Shown one piece after another: positions 9,301 through 18,589 of a stretch of DNA of 64,000 nucleotides. How positions within the stretch are numbered: position 1 is the first letter of the stretch; every line of letters begins with the position of its first letter. Made by a program: the position numbers and the translations under genes. The notes beneath the pieces were generated by a model. That model made no database searches, was not told the origin of the DNA, and saw nothing but the letters and a program-made list of their open reading frames with translations. Source of the DNA: a virus; the IMG/VR virus record IMGVR_UViG_3300042938_001476, positions 4,966 to 68,965 of that record. One strand, written 5' to 3'.

Positions 9301-12300
9301 ATTTGGATTTAGCGGAGGTCAAACTTACAAATCAAAAGCTGCTGCTATTAAAGATACTAAAAATACTTTTGAACGGGTGTCTCAACCCACTGAGGCGGAC
9401 ATTAAAAGAGGTGCATCAGATCACTACGGGGAAATAAATAGGGCTGTTTCAGACAGCAGGCCAGTCTCTATAGATGCCGTTGAAGTTTACGGAGTTACTC
9501 TTCCAGAAGGATATGCCAAGCAAGGAGACCTATATGTTTACCAACCCACCCCCGCAGTATCGGAAACAATAACAGAGCCAGCACAAGCCGCCGCTCCAGC
9601 ACAACCTACAGAGTTTGGATTTGTTAAAGACATTGATAGCACAAGAGAAAATATTAAGAAAAACCTAATTCGTTTTGCATCCGGCATGAGTGGATTGAGT
9701 GATATGCGTCGAGGATCATACGCTCGCGCTGGACATAGGAATTATGGCGTTGGTGCTGTTGCTGGTCTTCTTTCAAAGAATACAACAAATGAACTTGCAG
9801 ACCGAATTATTAATTTAGATGTCCATACATTTATTGATTCTGGAGCATTTGGTCATTTCATAAAAGAACAAAAATTAAAACTTGAAGGCAAAACACTTCC
9901 TCCATTAAATTTTGATAAAATACTTGCTAAATATGATTTAATTATTGATGAAATAAATAATGCAAATTCCGTTGAAAGAGATGATTATCCTCGTCCATTA
10001 ATTGTCACTCCTGACAAATTGGGAGATCAAAATGAATCACTTAATTTAACTGAAAAATACAAAAATTGGATTGCTGCAAGAATTGAATTCAATGATGCAA
10101 TACCAATTATTCCAATTCCACTTGGTAAATTAACTTTGCCGCAAGCGTATAACAGAATAGTTGAAATACTTAAAACAAATACCATTGGAGCAGAAATTAA
10201 TCCTAATAAGTTTATAGTTGGTATCCCATCAAATGCAACCGCTGTAAGTAAGGAAGACCTTGCTAATTTTTTACAAGAAACAAAACATCCTCGTATTCAT
10301 TTTCTTGGAGCGGCAGCAGATAGTAAAATCGCTCCACTTATTGATGTTGTGGCTAAAGTTTCTCCAGACACATTAGTAACCGCTGATGCAAGTCCAGTTA
10401 GGTCAAAAATTGCTAATGCTAAAAAGGAAGGGAAAACCAGAGATGCAGCAACTTTTGATGCACTATATCAAGAAGATGATCCTAATGTCATATTGGATTC
10501 AATAGGTAAAAATCCAGAGCAATTAACTCCAACAGAGCCGGAAATTATTGCTCCAACAACTCAACCGGAAAGCATCGCAGTAGGCAACCGCATCAAGTTT
10601 GACAATAGTCCACAGACCTACACCATCGAAGAAGTAATCCCGCAGACGGCAAAAGATCAAGAGTTGGAAGAGAAATACTACTCTGTGAAGAACGAGCGAA
10701 CAGGCGAGGTTCAGGTAGTAGAGGAAAGAGATTTGAAGAAAGTTGGCGGGAAAAAAGTGCGGAAGATGGCGGTTGCAACAAAACTTTCTGATTCTTTAGA
10801 TTCTGGTGAATTCAATTCCGCACAAGCATTAGTTGATCAAGGAACAACAATGGATCGCGAAACATTTATTCGTTCCATTACTCCATCCGCAACACAACGA
10901 GCGACCACAATTCATACAAGACTTGAAAAAGATGGTGTAATTTCAAAAGAAGAGTTTACTGATGGAATGGGACTTGTCTATGGAGACGGACGAGGGGCAG
11001 CATCGTCATATCTTGGAGGTCAGTCTTATGAGCCATTCCCGCCTGCTGGTTTTACTCCAGACTACACTGGTGATCGTGTAGAGGGAAAGGGAGATGCGAT
11101 TGATGGCAAGTTTAGCACAATTCTTAATACATTTGTTCTTAATGTAGTTGATCCACAAACTCGCGCATTCATTGTAAAAGACATAGCAAACCTGCTTCAA
11201 AATGGAGGAAGGGCTGTATTTGTTACCCGTGGATCAGATGTTGCAAACTCAAAAGCCTTGGTATCATTTGCTCCGCTTGAGCGCATTCAAAGATCAGAAG
11301 GTAAGCTAACTTATCAAAAAGGATTCACTCAATCAGAACTGATCAAGTATCTTAAAGAAACGCTTGGTGATGGATTTTCTGTTAAAGGTTTGCGCGGAGG
11401 AACCGCAAGCGATATTCGTGTGGAGGTAATTAAGAATACTGATGCGGAATTGAATAATCCTCCAATAACTCAAGACATTCGGCTGCAAGCGGTAGAACTT
11501 AAAAACGAAGAGATAGTAACGCCAATCCCAGAAGCTAATCGCTACACATACGAAGAAGCTGTAAGGCTGGTTGACTCATACTTCGACAAAGAAGGAATAC
11601 CGGAAGGCGTAGTTATTGTAAACAATACTACCGATAAAGACCTTGAGATGAAGGCAGGGTATTTCGTGAATCGTGGGCAGATCGTTATCAACCTCGCATA
11701 TATCGCTAAAGGTGAGAACCTATCTGACATTATCTCTCACGAACTTGGTCACTACATTTTTGGTGATCCCCAGTTCCAAGCTGACTTTAAATCATTCTGG
11801 GAAGCAATGACACCAGAAGAGCAGGCTGAAGCTGATAGGCTAATAAACCAATTTTACAACAAAGAGACTGGTGCGGTGCAGATGGAAGAGAAGCAAGTCC
11901 GTGCATTCTTGCAGTTGATCCAGGATAGCAATGCTCAACCGAAGTGGAGGCAACTTCTGGACAGCATTAAGCGTTGGATTAACGAGAAACTTGGAACTAA
12001 CTTCCAAGTAACTGACGGAGGCGCATTGGCAGTCCTTGCTGCCGCGCACAAGCGATTCAAGAGTGGTGAGCGCATCATCCGTGAGATTGATTCTGGTGTG
12101 CTTAAAATGGCAGCAGAGCCTCGCCGTGAGCAAGTAGCAGGCAAACCGCGTGGAGACATTATCACAACTCCAGAAGGTATCATCGAGCAAACCAACGAAG
12201 TATTGCGTAACAAGTTCTTCGACGGATCGGTAGTCTCTGACGAGAACACAAGTGCTGCATGGGACTACATAGAGCAATTACTGGATATTAAGTCCGGTGC

Positions 12301-15300
12301 AGCTTATGATCTTGCGGGACAGATTAACAATGTTGTAGATCAAGAAACGAATTCTAAAACAAGAATGGGAGCGGGATTGTTTTCTGTATCATTGACTAAC
12401 TACGCTGCAAAACTGTCGGCTCAAGGTGATAACGCAATGATCTCCTATCTTGTTCGTAGAAATAATAGGATGCCAACCGATAATCGCGGAGGCACTGCAA
12501 CAGATGCCGGAAGGGTCTTGAGAGGCAAACGGGAATACGACATTGATGGATATCACACCATAATGACTGAACATGAGTCTAAAGTTGAGAGAACAGCGGC
12601 TACACTATTTGGAACAGGTAAGCCAAGCAAACAACAAGTTGCTGCCGTTGATGCTGCTATTGAAGCATCAGAAGACACATCTATTGGAAATCCAGAGGAT
12701 GTTGCTGGCGAAGTTGAAAAGGTAGAGAAGAGAACTGGTCGAAAAGTCATCAAGAAAATTGAAGACAAGATCAAAGAATCAACTGAACCAAAGAAAGAAG
12801 AGCTTCTTATCTCATTTGAGAATTTAGATGCAGATAGAAAAATCAAAGGAATTACGCTTAAATACAATCCACAGAAGGTAAATGTAGCAAAAAACATTAA
12901 AGATTTTATTATCGGCAAGATGGTTGACTATAGGAAAACGCTTATTAACCAAGGCGCAAGCGGACTTGAATCTACATTCTGGCAGACGATGAGTGACAAT
13001 GAGAATAAGCCTGGCCCACTTGGGGAAATTGATCAGGCGCAAAACAACGAACTTGCAAAGATTGTTCAGAAGACGCTGATTGATCTTGGACTCAAAGGTG
13101 AACCCCCTAATACCAAGATGACAGACATTGAGAAGGTTGCATCTATTTTGAACAAGCAGAAGTTGAGTGATGAGAAAAGACTTGAAGCTGATAGCAGGAT
13201 TGTTGAGGAAATTGAACGCAGAAGAGAAAGTGATCTTGCGTCTGGTTATACGCCGGAAGTTGTAAACGCAAAGTATGACATTATTCTTGATGCGTGGAAT
13301 CAATCAATGAGCAGACAGCTTAATATGCCTGTTAGCGACAATATGCTTCAGCGTCTTATTAGTTCCGAACTAAAAGAGCAAAACATAAATATTAGCAATT
13401 TAATTGAAGAGGTTGACGGAAAAGTAGTAGTAAAAACAAAACAAGGAATTGTTGATTCTATTATTCGCAAAATTTACAAGGTTTCTAAAGAGTCTGAAAC
13501 TGGAATTGAGATGGACGAAAACTACGATGGTCTTAAAGGCTATCTTGAGCAAACGCTGGATAATATGTATGCGCGGCAAATTGAAAAGAAGAATGCCGCA
13601 TATGCAAAGCGCCAGGCTAAAATATCATTGCGTAACAATGTTGAAGGGCAGGCTCAGTCAATCATCGATCAACTTGCCGATCAACTGTCCGATACTCCAG
13701 CATTCCCAGAAAAACAAGAAAATCAAGTAAAGGCTATTGTTCAACAAGACCTAAGGCAGAGGCCGGACATGAAGCGCAAGCAACCATGGACGAGTCAACT
13801 CACAGCTAAACTCATGCAGGCAGGCGTAAGTGAAGTACAGGCTCAAACAATCTCTGATCTTGTCTGGAGACAGCATGAGATCAAGACAATGGATCGTGAG
13901 CTTAAAGAGCTTGAGACGGCAGCAGAGAAGGGTTCTCTTGCAGTCATTATCCAACGCATTAAAGATACACCGCTTGAGGATCAACAGAAGCCGGAATGGA
14001 TGCAGGGCGTAATTCGTGAATACCTGATTGAAGCAGGGTTATCAAGCCAAGCCGCAGATACCGCTGCAAGGCTATATGAGAGCGTTATTGCTGAAAGGTT
14101 CGCAGAAGCCAAGCAGAAGGCATTTGAAGACACTCTGGCTAAGTCTGCGCCATGGAATAACTATCTTTCCAGAAACGCTCAACTTGGTAAGAATGCGCTG
14201 AAGAAAATTCAAGATGCAATCAGAACCGGAGTCCTTGATCCAACCCAAACCACAGAAGGTATTATTGCAAAAGAAAATGGGTGGTCTGGATTCAGTAAGG
14301 AACAACTTACGCGCATTGTTCAGTTGGATGGAATTCTTTATGATAAGAATTCGGATCAAGTTACTAAAGCGGAAGCGATGTCTGAACTTAACAAGATTAT
14401 CGTTAAGGCAAAGATGCCAGTTAGGTTTAAGGATGCAATCTCTGCTTTTTATGTCGGTCAAGCATTGATGGGTATTCCAACATTCACCGTTAACATTGCT
14501 TCACCTACATTTTTTGCAATCCGCAACTTTTCTATAGATATTGCTAAATATGCTGTTACCGATCCCAAAATGATTCCGGTTGCGTTTCAGAGTTTTATTA
14601 ACTCATTTAAGAGTCTATATGACAACACTATGTATGCATTTAAAAATCAGATTTATATGTCTGGTGAAATTGAATACATGCAAGGTCAAAATATCCTTAG
14701 TGAGTTATTTGACAAGGGTAAGGCTCAGTGGGCTAAAGGTGACTATGCCAACGGAATGGGGAATATGCTTGTTGGAACAAGCCAAATTACTGGCAGAATC
14801 CTTTCATCCCTTGACCAGGGCGCAATTGAAATGATGCAAAGTCAAAACATTACAAGATATGTAATTGAGGCAATGTCTGGTAACAAAAAAATCTCAAAAG
14901 ATAAACGCAGTGAAATCGTTAATATTGCAATTAGTGGGCGCAGGAAAATTAAACAAGACCTAATAGCATCTGGAATGGCTCCTGATAGGGCTGGAGTTCT
15001 TGCTGAATTAAAGGTTAGAGATGAACTAATGGCATCACTTTCTGAATTTGGAATTAAAGGAACTGATGTCCTCAATGCCTCTATAAACGATGCGCTTCAA
15101 TCCGTTGGACGCAATCGCGCCATTACGATAAATTCACTTACTAAAGAACAAAACAATTTGAGGGATGCGGGAATTCTGTCTGGTATTCCAATTGGATTCC
15201 TTGAGGGTGTTGCTCAATGGGCAAATAAAGGAAATCAATCTCAACAGGTTTTTGCTAAAATGATTTATGGATTTGCACTTGTTCCAGCCCGTGTATTTTC

Positions 15301-16441
15301 AACCGCATTATGGTTTAGCCCCATTGGATTTGTTAGGCTTGGAGTTGATGCAGCAATAAAAAGGGGAGGTGGCGAGTCCCGTTATGCCTTATCACTTGCA
15401 ACAGAATTTCAACAAAAGCAAAGACTTATTGAAGCTATAGCCGGAACTGCTCTTTTAGTTGGGTTAAGTTCTTTGCTTTCAAGTTCAACTGATGACGATG
15501 AAGAAAAGCCATTTAAAATTGTAGTTACAGGAAATGGCCCAGATTACAATACAGACAGGCAATACCATGATTCTTGGCACAAGAAATATAAACCACACAC
15601 AACTCACATTATTATAGGTGGACTAAACATCCCAATTAATATTGGACGAGGTGGAGAGGCTATATCAATTCCCCTTATATTTTTGGGCGCTCAAGATGAT
15701 GCAAGAATTAAGGAGAAGCTGAATCAAGCAAGGAAATCTCCGGCAGATTTAGAAATGGCAGCGGAAGTTTTAGGTTCAGCATTTTACTCTTTCTCTAATA
15801 GAGGCCCGTTTGCTGCATTTACAAAGCCTTTGTTTGATGCAAAGAAGCCAGACAAAGTTGTTCCTAATTTGGTTAGCCAAATAGGATACTTTGGAAAAAC
15901 ATTTATTCCAATTGTTGGAACTTCTCTTGCAAGAAATATATCTGATTTTATTAATGACCCAATTGATAAGTCCTCCATTCAAGGTGCTATTTATTCTAAT
16001 ATGCCAATTGTTGGGCCTATGATTGGAACGAAGGCACTTAATGCTTTTGGGCAACCAATCAGAGCAGACGATTGGGGCGATAGATTATTTAAACTTGGCG
16101 CTCCTGTTGTAATGTCGTTTCCTAAAAACACACCTGAAAATGAGCTTAATGAATTAGTTCTTAAAAAAGGCGATGGCCCACCAATTCCAACCAGAATAAA
16201 TGCTCAAAAGAAATTTGAGGAGCCGCTAACGGATAAAGAGTTTGAGATATATGTCCGTGAGTATGGGAGGGTTGTATCTGACAAGATGTTTAAAAATCGA
16301 AAGAGGCTTGAAGATATGCAGGCAAAGAACTATACTAAAGAGCTTGATAAATATGTTAACGGATATTCAATTGATGGAGTTGAAATTCCAGGGGCTTCCG
16401 ATATGGCTGCTCGCGCAGTAAAAAGATCAAGGAACGAATGA
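6338..16441 (+). CDS. giant polyvalent internal virion/ejection protein with ART-like, TGT/DpdA-like, SAM-methyltransferase and HExxH zincin modules
   Basis: 3367-aa ORF. Gly/Ala-rich hydrophobic N-region; VFHAT..GYEAI..EIILL (~8250-8575); FIDSGAF/TPDKLGD/IHFLG (~9650-10440); YGDGRG/FVLNVV/TYQKGF (~10880-11440); HELGH (11738-11752); helical C-terminal half. Confidence 0.8.
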   Translation: MGLFDDILEEEGMVEPPPQKQSAIRKGGLFDDILEEEGMLAEDQSQFDADYFTPKPLKTEKKELPEGQSVFRQVADVPLGVARGGVIGIKMMTDILGADNPVSKSLAGVEGYMADLMSAQAKEDQQEIARIMKDAEDKGFGEQVKAGIKAFSIAPVDIMSQALGTMAPVLATGLAGGAAKLGALGIRGLQLGVGAGMGAGMIKGEIYNEVKNELINSGTPEEVAEKAAVDAQAYGGKNLDQILLGAGLGAASTLGAEGIITRILTKQGKASTAGLISRTLKGGITEAIPEGFQAAQEQLAKNVALQREGFDVDPSRGVVAAATMEAIAGAPLGGIAGAVERPAKVKTLEEEKFEQTNEIARKVAESGAPLTASALQDKAAANLNQDELARKLDEELSLTAVKPTAASPTAIPTKDDYVARYSAIAQAAPEEITRAEQSFTNELATADTEEKRINAQNALDAIKEVKAVGITPAAQPVTPVTQQPTIDAAQEIIQQQGVRQEPQDGTQVGATPEASVSDSVLGAEGIQEEGQVDSTIFDLQSVANNTATREQISSLSLSGLVDIRKGQAIINEDGEGILAQAQAPLPKLTPEERAAEVEAAPATPIPSEPIIGEIPQTSPIVGEAITETTPVEQVAPQKTITVFHATDTQPKSGQKSGYYPGTYTGIDEGFVKDFGKNLFSTQVDIDKIYKVSNESDSQQLKKDARNAGFDVRNANGNGETQYLISNGYEAIQRGKEIILLSPEKYNFSKIQKQPAEPIILEKPQTSEIVGAETPAIVEQEQVVPVERAIDVARKTNFAAATTREEAGDIGRNLASQDPNLPPLPPQQFEVLESISNFQNRKGYNPDVLTEELINEARNNGFITGKQLGKIKFTETGRNQLREWSDQARERSLAQSALSDEISDIAVSQWDAANDPTSAAAMAAQTATPPAPVTEQAAPAEAPAPEVAPIQRDVTKPEQMTPGERGIQGHKLVIEQARQDLELAKTGQTFGFSGGQTYKSKAAAIKDTKNTFERVSQPTEADIKRGASDHYGEINRAVSDSRPVSIDAVEVYGVTLPEGYAKQGDLYVYQPTPAVSETITEPAQAAAPAQPTEFGFVKDIDSTRENIKKNLIRFASGMSGLSDMRRGSYARAGHRNYGVGAVAGLLSKNTTNELADRIINLDVHTFIDSGAFGHFIKEQKLKLEGKTLPPLNFDKILAKYDLIIDEINNANSVERDDYPRPLIVTPDKLGDQNESLNLTEKYKNWIAARIEFNDAIPIIPIPLGKLTLPQAYNRIVEILKTNTIGAEINPNKFIVGIPSNATAVSKEDLANFLQETKHPRIHFLGAAADSKIAPLIDVVAKVSPDTLVTADASPVRSKIANAKKEGKTRDAATFDALYQEDDPNVILDSIGKNPEQLTPTEPEIIAPTTQPESIAVGNRIKFDNSPQTYTIEEVIPQTAKDQELEEKYYSVKNERTGEVQVVEERDLKKVGGKKVRKMAVATKLSDSLDSGEFNSAQALVDQGTTMDRETFIRSITPSATQRATTIHTRLEKDGVISKEEFTDGMGLVYGDGRGAASSYLGGQSYEPFPPAGFTPDYTGDRVEGKGDAIDGKFSTILNTFVLNVVDPQTRAFIVKDIANLLQNGGRAVFVTRGSDVANSKALVSFAPLERIQRSEGKLTYQKGFTQSELIKYLKETLGDGFSVKGLRGGTASDIRVEVIKNTDAELNNPPITQDIRLQAVELKNEEIVTPIPEANRYTYEEAVRLVDSYFDKEGIPEGVVIVNNTTDKDLEMKAGYFVNRGQIVINLAYIAKGENLSDIISHELGHYIFGDPQFQADFKSFWEAMTPEEQAEADRLINQFYNKETGAVQMEEKQVRAFLQLIQDSNAQPKWRQLLDSIKRWINEKLGTNFQVTDGGALAVLAAAHKRFKSGERIIREIDSGVLKMAAEPRREQVAGKPRGDIITTPEGIIEQTNEVLRNKFFDGSVVSDENTSAAWDYIEQLLDIKSGAAYDLAGQINNVVDQETNSKTRMGAGLFSVSLTNYAAKLSAQGDNAMISYLVRRNNRMPTDNRGGTATDAGRVLRGKREYDIDGYHTIMTEHESKVERTAATLFGTGKPSKQQVAAVDAAIEASEDTSIGNPEDVAGEVEKVEKRTGRKVIKKIEDKIKESTEPKKEELLISFENLDADRKIKGITLKYNPQKVNVAKNIKDFIIGKMVDYRKTLINQGASGLESTFWQTMSDNENKPGPLGEIDQAQNNELAKIVQKTLIDLGLKGEPPNTKMTDIEKVASILNKQKLSDEKRLEADSRIVEEIERRRESDLASGYTPEVVNAKYDIILDAWNQSMSRQLNMPVSDNMLQRLISSELKEQNINISNLIEEVDGKVVVKTKQGIVDSIIRKIYKVSKESETGIEMDENYDGLKGYLEQTLDNMYARQIEKKNAAYAKRQAKISLRNNVEGQAQSIIDQLADQLSDTPAFPEKQENQVKAIVQQDLRQRPDMKRKQPWTSQLTAKLMQAGVSEVQAQTISDLVWRQHEIKTMDRELKELETAAEKGSLAVIIQRIKDTPLEDQQKPEWMQGVIREYLIEAGLSSQAADTAARLYESVIAERFAEAKQKAFEDTLAKSAPWNNYLSRNAQLGKNALKKIQDAIRTGVLDPTQTTEGIIAKENGWSGFSKEQLTRIVQLDGILYDKNSDQVTKAEAMSELNKIIVKAKMPVRFKDAISAFYVGQALMGIPTFTVNIASPTFFAIRNFSIDIAKYAVTDPKMIPVAFQSFINSFKSLYDNTMYAFKNQIYMSGEIEYMQGQNILSELFDKGKAQWAKGDYANGMGNMLVGTSQITGRILSSLDQGAIEMMQSQNITRYVIEAMSGNKKISKDKRSEIVNIAISGRRKIKQDLIASGMAPDRAGVLAELKVRDELMASLSEFGIKGTDVLNASINDALQSVGRNRAITINSLTKEQNNLRDAGILSGIPIGFLEGVAQWANKGNQSQQVFAKMIYGFALVPARVFSTALWFSPIGFVRLGVDAAIKRGGGESRYALSLATEFQQKQRLIEAIAGTALLVGLSSLLSSSTDDDEEKPFKIVVTGNGPDYNTDRQYHDSWHKKYKPHTTHIIIGGLNIPINIGRGGEAISIPLIFLGAQDDARIKEKLNQARKSPADLEMAAEVLGSAFYSFSNRGPFAAFTKPLFDAKKPDKVVPNLVSQIGYFGKTFIPIVGTSLARNISDFINDPIDKSSIQGAIYSNMPIVGPMIGTKALNAFGQPIRADDWGDRLFKLGAPVVMSFPKNTPENELNELVLKKGDGPPIPTRINAQKKFEEPLTDKEFEIYVREYGRVVSDKMFKNRKRLEDMQAKNYTKELDKYVNGYSIDGVEIPGASDMAARAVKRSRNE

Positions 16442-17070
16442 TTGAATACGAATATATTGATAAATCCACATCACCTCCTGGCAACTGGAATATAAAGGTT
16501 CCTCAAACCGGAGTTGTTTTTAATCATTACGATTATAGGTCTATTTGTAACTTATACAAAAACCATTGTGCGGCTAATGGAATATTCCTTACGCCAACAT
16601 GGGAGGATGAGTTTATCTCTGAAATGTGTAAGCAAAACACAAAGTGGGGGAGGTTATGCGGAAGGATTAGTATGAAGAAAATACACAGAAGGAGGCTTTC
16701 ACTTACATCAGTTTTGTCATTCTTGAATATGATGAAGGCATGGGCGCAATCTACCTTGTCCGGTAAAAGTGCATTTGTAACGCAGGCCGAAGCTGAAAGA
16801 AGGGCTTCTGTGTGTGCTGACTGCCCAATGAATGTTACCCTTCAGTTTTCATGTGGTGCGTGTATGGGAGCGGTTATAACGCTAATGAGTTCCATTATTG
16901 GCAACAGGAAGACAGAGCGAGATAATGATCTTGGAGCGTGTCTTGTATGTAGTTGTTCACTCAAGGCTGCTGTTCATGTCCCTGTTGATATTCAGCGGGA
17001 AGGATTAACTGAAGAAATTAAAGAAGACTTTGATAAAATAACGCATTGCTGGAAAAGAATAGAAACATGA
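16438..17070 (+). CDS. Cys-rich putative Zn-binding protein
   Basis: CADCP, CGAC, CLVCSC and terminal CW motifs; ATGA-coupled to the giant gene. Confidence 0.65.
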   Translation: MIEYEYIDKSTSPPGNWNIKVPQTGVVFNHYDYRSICNLYKNHCAANGIFLTPTWEDEFISEMCKQNTKWGRLCGRISMKKIHRRRLSLTSVLSFLNMMKAWAQSTLSGKSAFVTQAEAERRASVCADCPMNVTLQFSCGACMGAVITLMSSIIGNRKTERDNDLGACLVCSCSLKAAVHVPVDIQREGLTEEIKEDFDKITHCWKRIET

Positions 17071-18014
17071 ACTTCTTACATGAACGAGACTTCGGTGATA
17101 TTGTATTGAGCCTATCTGCTGTTAAAGCTGCTGGTGGTGGCAATTACTATATTCAAAACAATCCTAAAGCCGTTAAGGTAGTTGGGCCTCTCATTGAATT
17201 TCAACCATATATCAAAAAATTCGGTAAGGCTGGCAAAGAATCAATTGACAAGTCGTTCGTTGATTTCCGTAAACAAGGATTAGATTGGGGCGTTCAACTT
17301 GCATTGCTTCATGCCAAATGGATAAAGCAAGATGTTGACTTTTCTGAGCCATGGCTAACTGCCTGCCAAGATAGTCAATATAACGGAAAGATTATTGTTA
17401 ACAAGACCGAGAGATACGCAAACTCGTTATTTCCATGGGTTCAACTTGTTAAGCTTCTCGGAAGCAAGATGCTTTTCGTTGGACATGATCACGAATACGA
17501 GTTGTTCTGCCGCAGATTCGGAAATGTTGATAGACTGATCATCCGCGACTATCTGCATTTAGCTACAGCCATCAATAGTTCTGATTGCTTTATCGGAAAT
17601 CAAAGTTCCGCTAACTGCGTTGCAGAAGGACTAAAGCACAAAAGCATTCAAGAGGTTTGCTTGTGGCAACCGGATTGTATCTATAAACGAGACAATGCTA
17701 CATTTTGCTATGATGGCACTATTGATACTGAAATAGCTGGAGTTAAGGTTAAGATAGAAAGGCCGAAGCCTGTAATGAATAAGCAAGAGTCACCGCAAGG
17801 TGGGTGGAAGCTAACAATTGATGGAAAGCTATTCAGCAGCTATGCACTCGATGTTGTTGTTAACCATGCAAGGAACAATGGAGTGTCTGGAAGTAAAAAA
17901 GATATTGAAGACAAAATTGTTGATGAAACAATTACAACCAACCAACTAACCGCTATTCCAGACAGGTTCGCGCATGATGTTAAACGTGTTAAAGAATTGC
18001 TTGAAAAGCTATGA
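17067..18014 (+). CDS. glycosyltransferase, GT9/heptosyltransferase-like
   Basis: N-terminal FGDIVLSL and C-domain AINSSDCFIGNQSS...AEGL match GT9-type GD and FIGNDS motifs; ATGA coupling at 17067. Confidence 0.7.
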   Translation: MNFLHERDFGDIVLSLSAVKAAGGGNYYIQNNPKAVKVVGPLIEFQPYIKKFGKAGKESIDKSFVDFRKQGLDWGVQLALLHAKWIKQDVDFSEPWLTACQDSQYNGKIIVNKTERYANSLFPWVQLVKLLGSKMLFVGHDHEYELFCRRFGNVDRLIIRDYLHLATAINSSDCFIGNQSSANCVAEGLKHKSIQEVCLWQPDCIYKRDNATFCYDGTIDTEIAGVKVKIERPKPVMNKQESPQGGWKLTIDGKLFSSYALDVVVNHARNNGVSGSKKDIEDKIVDETITTNQLTAIPDRFAHDVKRVKELLEKL

Positions 18015-18589
18015 ATGAAACAAGCAAAGCCATGAGGCGCAGAATGGTTGAGGATGAACTTGGTATTTTCAACTGGAGCCAGATTATTACTGGTAAGGGA
18101 ATAGATGTAGGCTGTGGGCCTGACAAGGTATGGGATGATAAGTGCATTGCGTTTGACCAAGAGCAGGGTGATGCTAATAAGATATCGGAATACTTCACGC
18201 ACAAGTTTGACTACCTACATGCATCTCAATGCTTGGAGCATATGCATGACCCATATGCTGCAATGGTAGAGTGGCTGGATATTGTTAAAACAGGTGGACA
18301 CGCAATCATATCAATACCTGATTGGACTTTGTATGAAGGAAGGGTGTGGCCATCTCGATATAACCCAGATCATAAAAGCACATGGAGTTTTACATTTGAT
18401 AGTAGCCCATCAAAACATCATATAAATATATACAAGTTTCTGACAAAACTATCACACATTTGTTACGCTAAAAGGGTAATGCTTATTGATAGTAACTATA
18501 ACTATAGCGTGTCTCCAAACACAGACCAAACATTTGAGGAATCGAATGGTGTAGAGGCATTTATTGAAATGGTTCTATGCAAGCTGTAA
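18011..18589 (+). CDS. class I SAM-dependent methyltransferase
   Basis: IDVGCG motif I, FDYLHASQCLEH, VKTGG. Confidence 0.85.
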   Translation: MNETSKAMRRRMVEDELGIFNWSQIITGKGIDVGCGPDKVWDDKCIAFDQEQGDANKISEYFTHKFDYLHASQCLEHMHDPYAAMVEWLDIVKTGGHAIISIPDWTLYEGRVWPSRYNPDHKSTWSFTFDSSPSKHHINIYKFLTKLSHICYAKRVMLIDSNYNYSVSPNTDQTFEESNGVEAFIEMVLCKL

